Shown: in pieces, positions 52,401 through 64,000 of the stretch
How the letters are laid out: each line of letters begins with the position of its first letter
Numbering within the stretch: position 1 is the first letter of the stretch
Origin: Lingula anatina
Lineage: Eukaryota; Animalia; Brachiopoda
Assembly: GCA_051362555.1 (NCBI GenBank)
Contig: CM120641.1
Span: forward strand, 4,154,001 to 4,218,000
Direction: 5' to 3'
Length of the DNA: 64,000 nucleotides
Notes under the pieces: model-generated
Databases searched by the model: none
The model's input: the letters and a program-made list of their open reading frames with translations, nothing else
Told to the model about the DNA's origin: nothing
Translations under genes and position numbers: made by a program

Positions 52401-55400
52401 GGTAATTAATTCAGGAGTTTTGTTGACATACCCTGAAACGAAAGATATTGAAGCATTTGATTCTCAATCATAACAGTTAACATTTCGTCTTGAAGTGTCG
52501 CACAATCAACTTGGTAATCTTGCAGTATTTACAAACACGATCCTGGTGAATATCCATTTACATTCCATTAGAGTGCACTCGTTTTACATTAGTTTGCCCT
52601 TTTCGGGCTCTATTTACTAAACTAAACAACCAAGACTGCCTAAGGCTGTTTAATCTATTTTGATTTACAGTAAAAAGGAATTGCTGAATCAAAGAAAAGT
52701 GTACATTTCGGAATAAATTTTGCGTTTTAAGATAATAATCAAACGTGTGTAATAAGGAACCCATTATGTCATTACAAATTACCTATAATCCGCTACTCCG
52801 ATGCATGTCAAACATAAAGGTTACTGCATGACGTTTTACGTTTGATCCTCAACTGGTGTCAGGTTAAAATATGTTCACTGGTCGAAATGAACCCTTTCTG
52901 TTTACGGTATAAACCATAAATAAAGTCATAAGGGATTCGATTGCCCAGAGATGCAAGAGATTGTTTTTTACCAGTCGTATGTACACTAGGGTTGCTGGAA
53001 TCTATCTGTTGAAGATTATCTGTGAATGTATTTTACTAAACAAAAACCCGTGTATACACGAAAGCTCTGGCACTCCCAGCGCCAAGTGAAATCTTGAAAT
53101 TATTTCAGTTTAGCTGCCTTTCACTCCACAAAAATAAGCAGAAAGAAAACGAAAAAATACCACTTTCAACCAAAATTTTATCTTTTTTTCATAAGAATAA
53201 ATTCTTGTATATTTTAAAATCGGGTTTTGTCCGGAAATTTACAAGTGACGCACCTTTATACGAGTGCGCATCCATATATACCTATACCAATCACTGTAAA
53301 CGATAACGACTGTCCTCAAAAATACGCGCTCAATGACAAAGTCTAAAGTAAGAAAGACAGAATAGAAATGATGTATTAAAGAGAACAAGTATACTTGAAG
53401 GCCAGAAAAAAGAGGCACTCTTGTACCAATTCGTAATCACTTGTTTTGTAAATCTAAGTGCGCCCCAGGAAAGTGTCAGATATAGTTGAAACATCCCACT
53501 ACAAGTAAACCTGTAGCCGAACATATCAATCTTGTTTGACATGGTTGCAATTTTTAAGATAAAAAAAAATAAAAGCAAATCTGTAAGACAGAAAAATACC
53601 CTATCATACTTTTACCTATACTCGTGCAGCCTTCCTCGTCAATTCATATTCATCTATCATTGTCATCTGAGTGATGTTCCTTAGCCCATAAAGTCCGTCG
53701 AATACTAATTTACAGTCGTTCTATTTCAGTGTTGAATGTCTTTAAATCTATATTATTCTTAGATTAACTTGATAATATATTAATATTTAGTATAGGCCAT
53801 GAACAGAAAACGCGACTGAAATATGATAAAAAATCGATGTTAATGTTATTTTATATCTCTCTTGTTGGCCGTAATGTAATTATTACGTGCATAATTACAG
53901 TGTGAAAGATTTAGTGACGTATATGAAGAGTTAGGTAACTGAAAAACGGGAAATGCATTATTTGTAGCTTGGCCTATTAAAATCCTTGACTGCCATGGTT
54001 GATAATAAGCATCGGTGTAGAAACATATGGTAGGCATACAGCAGTAAAACGACGAGGCCTTGTCGGGTTTCAGCTAGCATTTTGCAGTAAATGAAATTCT
54101 GAAAGCTTAAATGAAAGGCACCATATCAGTTGAGTCTCACGTTCACTTAGAAACTACATGTACATTGTAGCTTTTTGCTATGGCAAGGTTACTCTTCTTA
54201 TTGTAATTTTAACACCAGGCGATTCTTGAAAGCTTGTTGAATATGGTGAAGAAACACAACCTACATACCTTTCCGAAGCACCTGCACTTATTAAAAATGT
54301 GTTTGTCGTAGAAATGACAGGCCAAATCGCCTGTACGAAAAGCACAGACATTTTTCTTAGCAAAAATAGTAAACAGTTCCTTAACTAACACAAAAGATGC
54401 CAATCTGAAACAATAGGAAATCCCATATCTGTCTGCCACTCACGATATATACACTTTCGTCCATTTGATCCCTGAGAGCGTTTGGCCCCTGGTCAAGTGC
54501 CTGGCAGTTAAAAGAATATAACCCAGCAAAAAACCTAATGGAGTTAAGGAAGGATGCAGAGTTTAAAGATGTCTTGTATTCTATTATTTTCTCATCTCGA
54601 CAACAGAAAAACAGCTGTAAATACATTCCCCGGGGTCAAGTGACTTACATAAACACTGTCTCAGATTTTTGTGTTTAGTTCTATTTCTGTGCTTAAGTGC
54701 CCCATAAAAAACTCGAATGTCAAGTCTTTGTTGTTTTTAAAGACGCCGGTTTTTGGAGAAGAATGAACGCGGTTCAAATTCATATAATTGAAAGATTATT
54801 AAGGAAAGTTTGCGTGTTTTTCTATTCGATTAGCAAATCGGGTTCATGTTTTTGCCTTCTTCTTGTAGACTCAGATCGGCTTCTTACACACGGAACTCTG
54901 CTGCACTCCTGTATAAGTACGCGTGTAGAACCTAGTTTTCGGACAGTAAGTTATTCCAATGAGCTATATACACCCATTGGTTATTCTTACGGGCAAATGC
55001 AGGTGTTGACCTGGAGGTGATATGCACGCGTGTCCTTGCTGATGCAGCTGCCCACTTTGCACTGATTAAATTAGGACAAGGATCGTTCCCTAGTCTTAAA
55101 GTTATAGTATTTTTATTTGATGAGAATGTGGTCGTTTTCGCTGACACCCAACCTGGCGAACGTTACGACTTTCGATAACAGCGAAAGACGACGCACGCAT
55201 GCACACGTTAACAGCAAACGCTCTGGCTAAATAGACGTGCAGGGACACCAGTGCAACGTCATGTTATGAAAAAGAATTATCACTGAACAGCAAAGAAACA
55301 AAAAACAAGCTGCAAATCAAAGCATTGTGGCGCTGCGGCTGCAAAATGTTAAAGCCCACAATTCGAAGCAGAAAAAAACTTGTCGGATCGCGTGTCCTAC

Positions 55401-58335
55401 AACTCGAAACAAATCCGACAAATGTGACATTTCTCCGCTAATTTCAGTTCCACGGTAAGGGCGTGTATCTAGCAAAACCACTACCACAGCCAAGACAACC
55501 AACTAAGTGTTTTCCGGAACTGAGAAAAGTAATTGCTGATGGAGAACGCTGCTCTAATGTAACACCAAAGCGACTGTAGCAAGTCCAATCAATATATGAT
55601 TCTATAGACTATACGTTAAGTAATACCGCCAGTCTAACAATATTATCAATAACTTACTTCATAGGATCTCTGCCACCATGTCTCCGTATGTGAATATCAG
55701 AAGATACAATTCCGATCTAAATATTCGAAAACAAATGCGGTCATAAAAACTGCATTTTTCATGTTATGCGGTGTCTGGAAGGTTGGGCGGCTTACCTTCT
55801 TTGTCAGACCGTGTGTGTGCCCTCGCTGTTCCTGAGAGCTGGTTAATGTCACAGAAACAAGTTACGATTAGACAAGTGGTTCAGAATTGTAGAAGTTGAG
55901 GCATACAGTTATAGTCCACAACATTCTCTGCTTGGTTGATCCCTGAATGTCTCAATGAATGCGCGAAACAGTTGCGCTGCTTTCAACGTTTGGCGCAGTT
56001 GTACAGCGTGTCGCGGAATTCAAGCCAAAAACACGTCGGTCGACATGTGTTTTAGTTTATGACAAATGCTAATAAGATGTGAAATCTACTGTCGTTTTTG
56101 AGTGGGGAAATTGTAGAAACGTGTCTCATGTGTCTGCAGTCAACAGGTATTTTCGTTTATGACAATTCTAATTATAAGTGAGATGCAGCATATTGCTGTG
56201 TGCAGGAAAACATTGTAGAAATCGTTTGGTATAAATCGTGAACCCAAAAGATATATCAACTGGGCCCTCCATGTACATTAATGACTTGGAAGTAATTTAC
56301 TTAAGATAACAAGGGATTAAGTCTGAAACTTAACATTGAGCCCATACAACCAGAGAAAAACAGAGTAAATAGTTTCCTGATAACACTCTCCTTTCAGCGT
56401 TTCCACCACTGAGTATATTTGTTCCAATAAGCTCTAATTGTATGTACTATGGAAACGAATTTGAAATATAAGCTTTCTACGCACAGCACTATGTACAAAC
56501 TGTACTCATGATACATAATATTGCAGCTTACATAACCATCACGGCGTTCGACAACACTAAAACTGTGGCAACTACGCACAAAATCTAATACAACACTAAA
56601 ACAACTGAAATTAAGCATCCTACCTTGGCGAATTGTTCAGGTACGAATGTTCAACTACGATAGCGAGAGCGCAGAGTACTTAAGGCCCGGGGTTAAACCG
56701 ACATACGAGGAAAATAAACTAGTAAAACGATCTATCGATTAGTCAGCTATATACCATCCCATACTGGAAGGTGAATAGACAATAAAATGAATAGGAAATC
56801 GCCGTATCTTGGTCGAAATCCACATATAAGTTTTATTGCTGTTTGGCTTGTGAAGTGCTTGTTGATAGGCAACAAAAGAGTATTTCGATAAAGTACCCTG
56901 CGGTCGGTGTCAAGCTAATAAAGTGTAATTTGGGATTCTAAAGTATTTGACCCCATTCCTGGAAATTGACCTTTACCACATCAGAGAACATGATTCCTAA
57001 TTTAATAATTGTCTTTCTCACTTCAAAGGTGTCACACTGGCGTGTTTATGAATCACCTGGTCAAGCGTAGGTCGATCTGTTTCGCAATAAAATTAAAACT
57101 GTAAAACTTAAATGTATTTCGCAGAAGTGACCCATACAAATACATCAAAAGTTATAGGATTTTAGTCGGATGTGCCAGAAATCCGTCACAGGGTACCACA
57201 TAATAGTCTAGTAATAAAATATCATGAAAGACATTATATAATATCAGGACTTGATAACAGACAAGATGAAACTTGAAATATTGTTAATCAGACTTCGCTT
57301 TTTGGGTTTTCATTTCCGTGCGTTCTGTAAAGTGCCGGATCAGGTTATGAGCAAGAGCTCTGATAACCAATTTGAATAATTTGATCCTATTCTACTCTTC
57401 AATTGCCATTTAATAGATTTTCCATTTACGACGACAGTCTGTGAAGGTACAGCCAATGTAAGAGACAGTGGGGTCGAATTTATTCAAAATGCCTTACATC
57501 ATAGTAATCAACTTTTCCATTTAGCTGCCAAACACCACAAGTAGGCTACATAGTTATTGATCTTAGCAGGTTTATCATTGTGTCGTCAAATTGTGTTTAT
57601 TTCGCCCAGATCTCATCGCCTGTTGTGAAAATCCTAACCCATATTGCACTTCCACAACGCGATAAGGGGATTATATCGGAGAGCAGGTTTTTACATTTAT
57701 TAGCTACATTTTGATTGTGCACTGTTATAAAAACACAACTACAACTACTACAACAAATTTCGGCAAATGTACAATAGTACTGTAAAAATTAAAGGTTGTA
57801 GATTTTCCTGGTATAATAAAGGTTTGACTGATTATATTCTATTTCTTTTTCTTTGGAACAGAAGGGACTAGGAGAGGAAACAAATGGCATAGGCTGGTAA
57901 AATCTGGGAAAACGCATCATTCACCAAATGTCGACATATATTCTTTATTCATTCCACATTCATATCATATATACATAAATACAAATATTTACAAATCTTC
58001 TCTGTTCATACATTGAAAAAAAAACTTATTTGGTGAACATTTTAAAAATACCGGAAAAAATTCCATCATTTCTATTAAGTCCAGGTACCACGATTCCCAA
58101 TCGTATACACATTCTTTTTTTCTTTTTCATTGGCGTTCACTGTCAATATCACAGACGTCTTAACAAGATAACATAAAACGTGCATTGAAGAAAATATTGG
58201 AACTGAAACATGTCAAAAATCATCAAATGTCTTTGTAATTCAGCAAATCCTGTTTTCATTTTGTGATGACCAGATCACCACAAAGACTAATGTGTGGCTT
58301 TGAAATGTTCAATAAATCCTTTTCTAAACTTTGGT

Positions 58336-61300
58336 TTATGGATTCATAAAAAATTCGGCAAGTCTGCTGTCTTGTCGTATTCTTTGTTCCAGTGCCATAT
58401 ATTTCTGTGGAGCAAGCTCTCGGTGTCTGAAATTGTATATTGGTAATATTATTCTGTAGAAATTTCAAAGATCCATGCTTCCAAAATTTCTGTTTTAGGG
58501 GGCCTATTTTTTGGTTTTAAAGTTATAGGTTTTCATTTAAAAATCAACACAATACCTTATTATTCAAACATCCGAAAGGAATTCAATTAAAAATTCTTCC
58601 ATTTGAATAGATCTCAACATTTGTCTCTAGAGGATATTTAACACATAACACTATACTTCACTCACCTGTTAAGCCTGGCCTCAAATATGTTAAGTCTGAA
58701 CATCATTTCACTGCAGTAGCTCATATAGTCTTCCTCATCTTCAGGTGACATATTCACCTGGTGCTGCTGGAACCACAGCTGTTTCTTCTGCAGGGCCTCA
58801 GTTTCCTGGAGTAAAGAAGAAAAAAAGTTATTTATACTTGTCTCTGAGGGAATATTCCTGCTGTTCCTACTGAGTAAATTTATTATTTATTTGGTTTATA
58901 TTTTTGGGCCAATTTCTGTACTTTTATAATTTTACACACAATAATTAAGGAATTAAACCATCAGTAAGTTCATAATCACCTTCTCAAACCGGGCCTGGAT
59001 TAAGTTAGCTTTGTCAATGAGTCTCTTCTTGAGGTCTGTCAGTGCTGCCTCCTTCAGTCTAAATGCAGTTTCTTTGTTGATTTTCTCTGGATCTCCAAGC
59101 TGGGCAATAAATGGAGCCAAATAGTCAATCTCCATGTCTTGTCTGCGCATTTTCTCTTCCAGTTGAAGGCGCTCCTATAAATTATTATTCAGAAGTGATG
59201 GATAAAAGGGAAAATACTAGCAAATGTGCTGGAAATCTTAATATCAAAGCTGTACATTATTGCTGCTGCAAGTATGAGCATAGCCACAATCTAAAAAATA
59301 TTTTATATTACTACAATCAGCAAGGCACCTGTTCTTTGAATAAGCATGTACTCAGTGAAGAGAGCAATAATACATAACTGAAATTTTAGACGTTTTACTC
59401 TAAACATTGATTAAGAAAGCAGTTCCTCACCAGTTCCTTCCTGTGTTTCTTTGCCTTTTCATTTCTCTCCGTATCGTACACAGATATTTCTAACTCTGAT
59501 GCTACTTCCTCCTTCATTCTATCATTCAGTATATCCCTCACCTGTTTAATGAGAAATATCATTATCAGTTTACAAATTAAAAAAACATCAATCTCCCATT
59601 CAAAAAAAAAACAAAAAAAAAACATACATTTATGACACTCTCTGAGTCCACAAATTTCGTCTTCAGCATAATAAAAATCAAAACTATCATCAAATATATA
59701 TCTAATATCTATCTGACTCACATACAGACAGAAACAGCATACTTACCTCCTGTTCTGAATCTCTGACTTTATTTCTGCTTTTTTCCTCTCTGCGCACCAA
59801 GTCCACCAACATCTGGTACAACTCTACCTGCTTCTTACTACTCTGATTGGGATCCACCTGAGAAAATATAGGGAACAAGTTGATCAATCACCATCATATC
59901 ACTATTACCTAAGAATATTTTTTGAAAGTTGTGAAATTTTGCACCTGGGGATTTTGCACATATTAAAGGTTGTTCCAAAAATTGTTCAAAATAATAATAA
60001 TAATAAATACAGGTCTGCTTGAACTTTGACATCTAGACACATTCTTTTCATGGAAAACTGACATTTGTGTTCAAATGACAAATTCCTCTATATGAAAATT
60101 ATGCACGGTTTTATATTTCTGAAAATATTCTACAACACTATAAATGTTATTTTCAGATATTTTACCTGAAAGGTGGTATGCATATCCGGAGTCATCAATA
60201 AAGTTGCACCTTTCTCATCTGCATTGGGAGGTTTAATGAACTCTCTGGTGGAGGCAGACACCCTGACATCCTCCGTGTGATAGGTCAGCAGAATCTTCTC
60301 TTCTTGGATGCTGAACACCAGGTCTGCTATGTCTTCATTGGCAGGGATATCCTTGTTACGGTGGAATTTTTCATGGATTTTCTGTATCAAAATATTCACA
60401 TAATTATTAGGGAGTAAAAATTAAATCTTGTCACAATTAGTGGTTGTCAGTCTAATCTTTTTATGTGAACAAATTTCTAAAGTGAAATAAATGAAGAAAA
60501 TAATGCAAGCAAATAACTTGATTGGGATTAATGCTGTTCCTGTAGGCTTGTGGTCAGTATGTGGCTAAAAGCATGGTAGTTCTGTCGGATTTACAAATGG
60601 GAACAAAGAATCATCATTAAAATCAAGTAAAAACAAAGTTGCTTACCCAAATAGGCCTATGATTTGGACCCTCGGATGGACCAAACTTCTTGGCTCTTTT
60701 TCCAAATAAGATGTGTCTGTAGTACAAGAAGTCATCTCTATTCTTAAAGTGTTCTGTCATCTCTACAGGGGTCTCTTCTCTCTTCAGAAGACCATCTACA
60801 CGAGCCTCGTGGTAGAACACCATGGTCCTCTCATTCTCTGGACCAGAAGCACTGCGCTTGTAGGTATGTTCTGAAAGAATTTTTTTTCCACTGATACCTT
60901 TGCCACATAAATAACCATTTGAAAGCTAAGTCCATCAATTCAAAGAAAAATATCTTTTAAAATTTTACTGTATAAGATGCAAAAATCGCCTCTTAAAAAT
61001 TAGCAACAATGCACAGATACATGGACCTAAGAGAGCAGTATACACTTTGCTGCTATAGAATAAAAGCTTTTGTCATACCTTTTAAGCATCTCTGCCTTCC
61101 AGGGTAGTAGTGTTCTATGACCCAGTCTGTCCGATGGTTGTAACCCCTCATATAGAGTTTGTCCAATCTATGATTGAAAAACTCTTTAACTTGCACCAAG
61201 TCCTTCACTGTAACAAAAATGTCACATTACAGATGGGTGTGTAATAAAGTTAAACAAGTTAATTTTTCTTTTACTACTAGATGGGTGCAACGTACTATTC

Positions 61301-63894
61301 TGAGCACTCCTAGTAACTCTCTTCTTACCAGTATACATCCTCCATCACCATGTTAGTACTGAAAAGTCCCCTGCATGCTGGTTATGGGGAAGAGTTACTG
61401 ATAGAAGAGTCTGGGTGTCAGTTAAAAAATTGTAAGCAATTTGGATGTTTATAAAAATTAATGAAAATAGCACTCATTATCCACATATCTATCATTATCT
61501 ACAGTATTTACGTATATCTACTTACATTCATTATCATCATAGACTGATAACTTTGCAGTCAATCCATCCTTCTGCAGATAATGAGCAAACTTTTCCAGCT
61601 TAGACTTCTTGTAAAGTTTAATTTTTTTGCCTTGTGGGCAACGCATCTGGAAATCTGCAATAAAGAATTTTCCATAGTCAAAATTATAAACGATTTGTCA
61701 AGGATGTTGATTTTCTTGTTTGTATCATCATTCTTATTAATAAAATCATAAAAGCAGTGATACATAATGATGGTTAAGTGATAAAGATCAATTTCTCTCA
61801 TGTGTATCAATTAGTAAATAATAGATGGAAGTTAACTAACTATTTTTGTTATGAATGAAATAAATTAAATCTGGAATTTCTACATATTATCTTGAAATTT
61901 CTAGTGGAGGAACAGCATTTAAATGTGGATTAAAGTAAAAAGTGAAAAGTACCTCTGAGTGTGATCTTGATAGCCTTCACCCAGGATGGGGGCATATCTA
62001 ACTGTTTCTCTGTCTCATCCTCCTCTTCCTCTTCATCATCATCATCATGATCATGGAATTCTGGGATCTCCAGCAGAGGTTTCTCATTGCTTTGGAACAT
62101 GAATTCCCACAGAGTGCAGTCACCTAGGTCATACTTCATACCCTATCAAGGAAAAATAAAAATCTAGTTAAAACTGACATCATGTAAAAGTATGAGGGGA
62201 AACCGGGTTTGAAATGTTCTAATTTCAACTGGATGATCAAGATTTACATTGGTTGAAACTTCTAATGTCACAAATTGAAATTCTCTTTATTTTATATTAA
62301 TGATTGAGTACGTATAAAATGACAATCATATTTACTGAAAACAAAACAAAAAAAATGTATATAGTACATAAACATCAAAAACAGAGAAAGCAGAAAGGGG
62401 AGAAATGTTTAACAAAACAGATATGATAAACCCCTAACTAAACAAACTTTAGGGTACATCTATTGTACTAGAATTTCCTCCACTGACCTTCACTCCATCA
62501 GAACAGTCCTGCATGTTAACCCAATAGTTCTGGTGGTTCCAAAGACTTTCAATACCAAGATACTGGTGGGTGTCCAAGGGGACAGACAGACCTGTCAATG
62601 GTTCAATGAAGAAACTTTCTGCAACTTCACGTTTGCCTTGCAGGACAAGTACCCAGGAGTGGATACGTAGACCAAATAAAGGATCTGGAGGTGGCTTTTC
62701 TGCTTCCTACAAAAATACAAGGGTATTGTTATGTTTAAATCATAGCATGTTCATTCATCATAATTTATTTTGAAAATTCTACTTCTGTGCATTATTATTC
62801 TTATCCTGTTCATTCACTTTAGTTTTCTTTTGTTGTAGCATTTGTTAGAACAAACTTAAATAAGTGAGATAAAATTATGAGAAAGGATATAATATGATGA
62901 TTTTCTTTTACAATCAAACTTATTTTTAAATAAAAATTAAATATGATCGTTGATGTCAAATAGACCATTTCAATTCCTTAAACATTTTTACTCACAGCTA
63001 TTTTCTCTTCCTCTTCTTTTCTTCTCTTTGCTTCTTCTGCCTCTCGTTCAGCAACCTTTCTGCTTGCCATCATCTTTTCAAATTTACTGGTCAAATCCTT
63101 TGGAGGCTTAACTGTGTATTTCTTTACTTCTTTCTTTGCTGCTTCCTTTACAGCCTAAAATTTTAATTAAAAAGACTTAAATATTTCCTCACTCATGCCA
63201 TGCTGTCTAAAGCTTCAGTTAAATTATTTTTAAAATTGAAATATTCTCTGCCTTGGCTGTTATCAGACACTATTTGAATAATTGATATAAAAATATTACC
63301 TCTTCTTTCTTTTGCAGGAGTGGACAAATTTCTCTTGTTTCATCCATGAGGCAAGTCTCCTTTGTGGCATATCCACTTACAACATATGCATCATATCCAT
63401 TTCCTATCAGCAAAGAACACAGAAGAGTGCTGTATTCAAAGCAATTTCCCTTCTGTCTGTTTAAAACTGTGGTTGACGACAGCAGTCTCTTTGGCTATAG
63501 GAAAAATCAAAAAGACTGATAATAGGAAAACACAACAAAATGTTACTTAATGGCAACAATATCATATAAGACAATTCAATAAATTGCTAGAATATTTGTT
63601 TTCAATGCTTTCACTGAAGGAACACCTACTTTAACTTTTGCAATTGCGTCATTTTCATTCTGTGTGAACAGTTTTACAACATATTATATATCATACTTTG
63701 ATCTTTTTCTTAAGTTCATTTTTATTACAACAAGAGTTCAATATTTTGTAAATTGGTGAAAAACCTACCAAGTCAGTTGGAGGATTTAGTGGCTCAAAAT
63801 TGAGATAATCAGCCACAAATTCTGAAGCCCCATCCCAATCATATACTTCAGGAAACTGCAGTTGAGTTGGTCGGATAGTAGTAGAAACAAATTT
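58336..63894 (-). CDS. DRC7: Dynein regulatory complex subunit 7 (CCDC135); 5' exons lie beyond the window
   Basis: About 14 exons, from 63894-63769 (KFVSTTIRPTQLQFPEVYDWDGASEFVADYL) through QKGNCFEYSTLLCSLLIGNGYDAYVVSGYA, GLRIHSWVLV, YLGIESLWNHQNYWVNMQDC and FYHEARVDGL, to the last exon 58426-58336 (HRELAPQKYMALEQRIRQDSRLAEFFMNP*). Confidence 0.93.
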
Positions 63895-64000
63895 CTGAAA
63901 AGGAAAAGTTCTCTTGAAAAAAACTTGTGAATACAAAGGAAATGCAAAACAAACAACCTACTGCATGGTTTTAGACACATGCATGTTTTGAAAAATACTC

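Noticed and set aside
49600-58300. Many 60-107 aa ORFs
   Set aside because: No homology cues, coding-like composition or splice chain; consistent with chance ORFs.

Overview
AT-rich, intron-containing animal genomic DNA. Gene content and repeat style suggest an invertebrate, possibly a lophotrochozoan or mollusc (inference). I assembled nine spliced protein-coding genes by hand from GT-AG boundaries and reading-frame continuity: an uncharacterised coiled-coil gene (-, 3' end unresolved) head-to-head with CFAP299 (+); a ~1294-aa gene (+) fusing an unknown domain and pentapeptide-like repeats to a NAL1/Ssy5-type trypsin-like serine protease; POLH (-) head-to-head with FRMD8 (+); an InaF-motif gene (-) head-to-head with SRD5A1-like (+); a PPP1R27-like ankyrin PP1 regulator (-) inside a ~13 kb CpG-retaining domain; and the 3' part of DRC7 (-). 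Several MITEs, a Helentron/HINE-like element, an RTE LINE relic, a 129-bp exon-end duplication and an intronic 29-bp hairpin are also present. The best candidate for undescribed biology is the pentapeptide-repeat/protease fusion, which the ORF track splits into separate ORFs. All family assignments come from remembered motifs, not from database searches.
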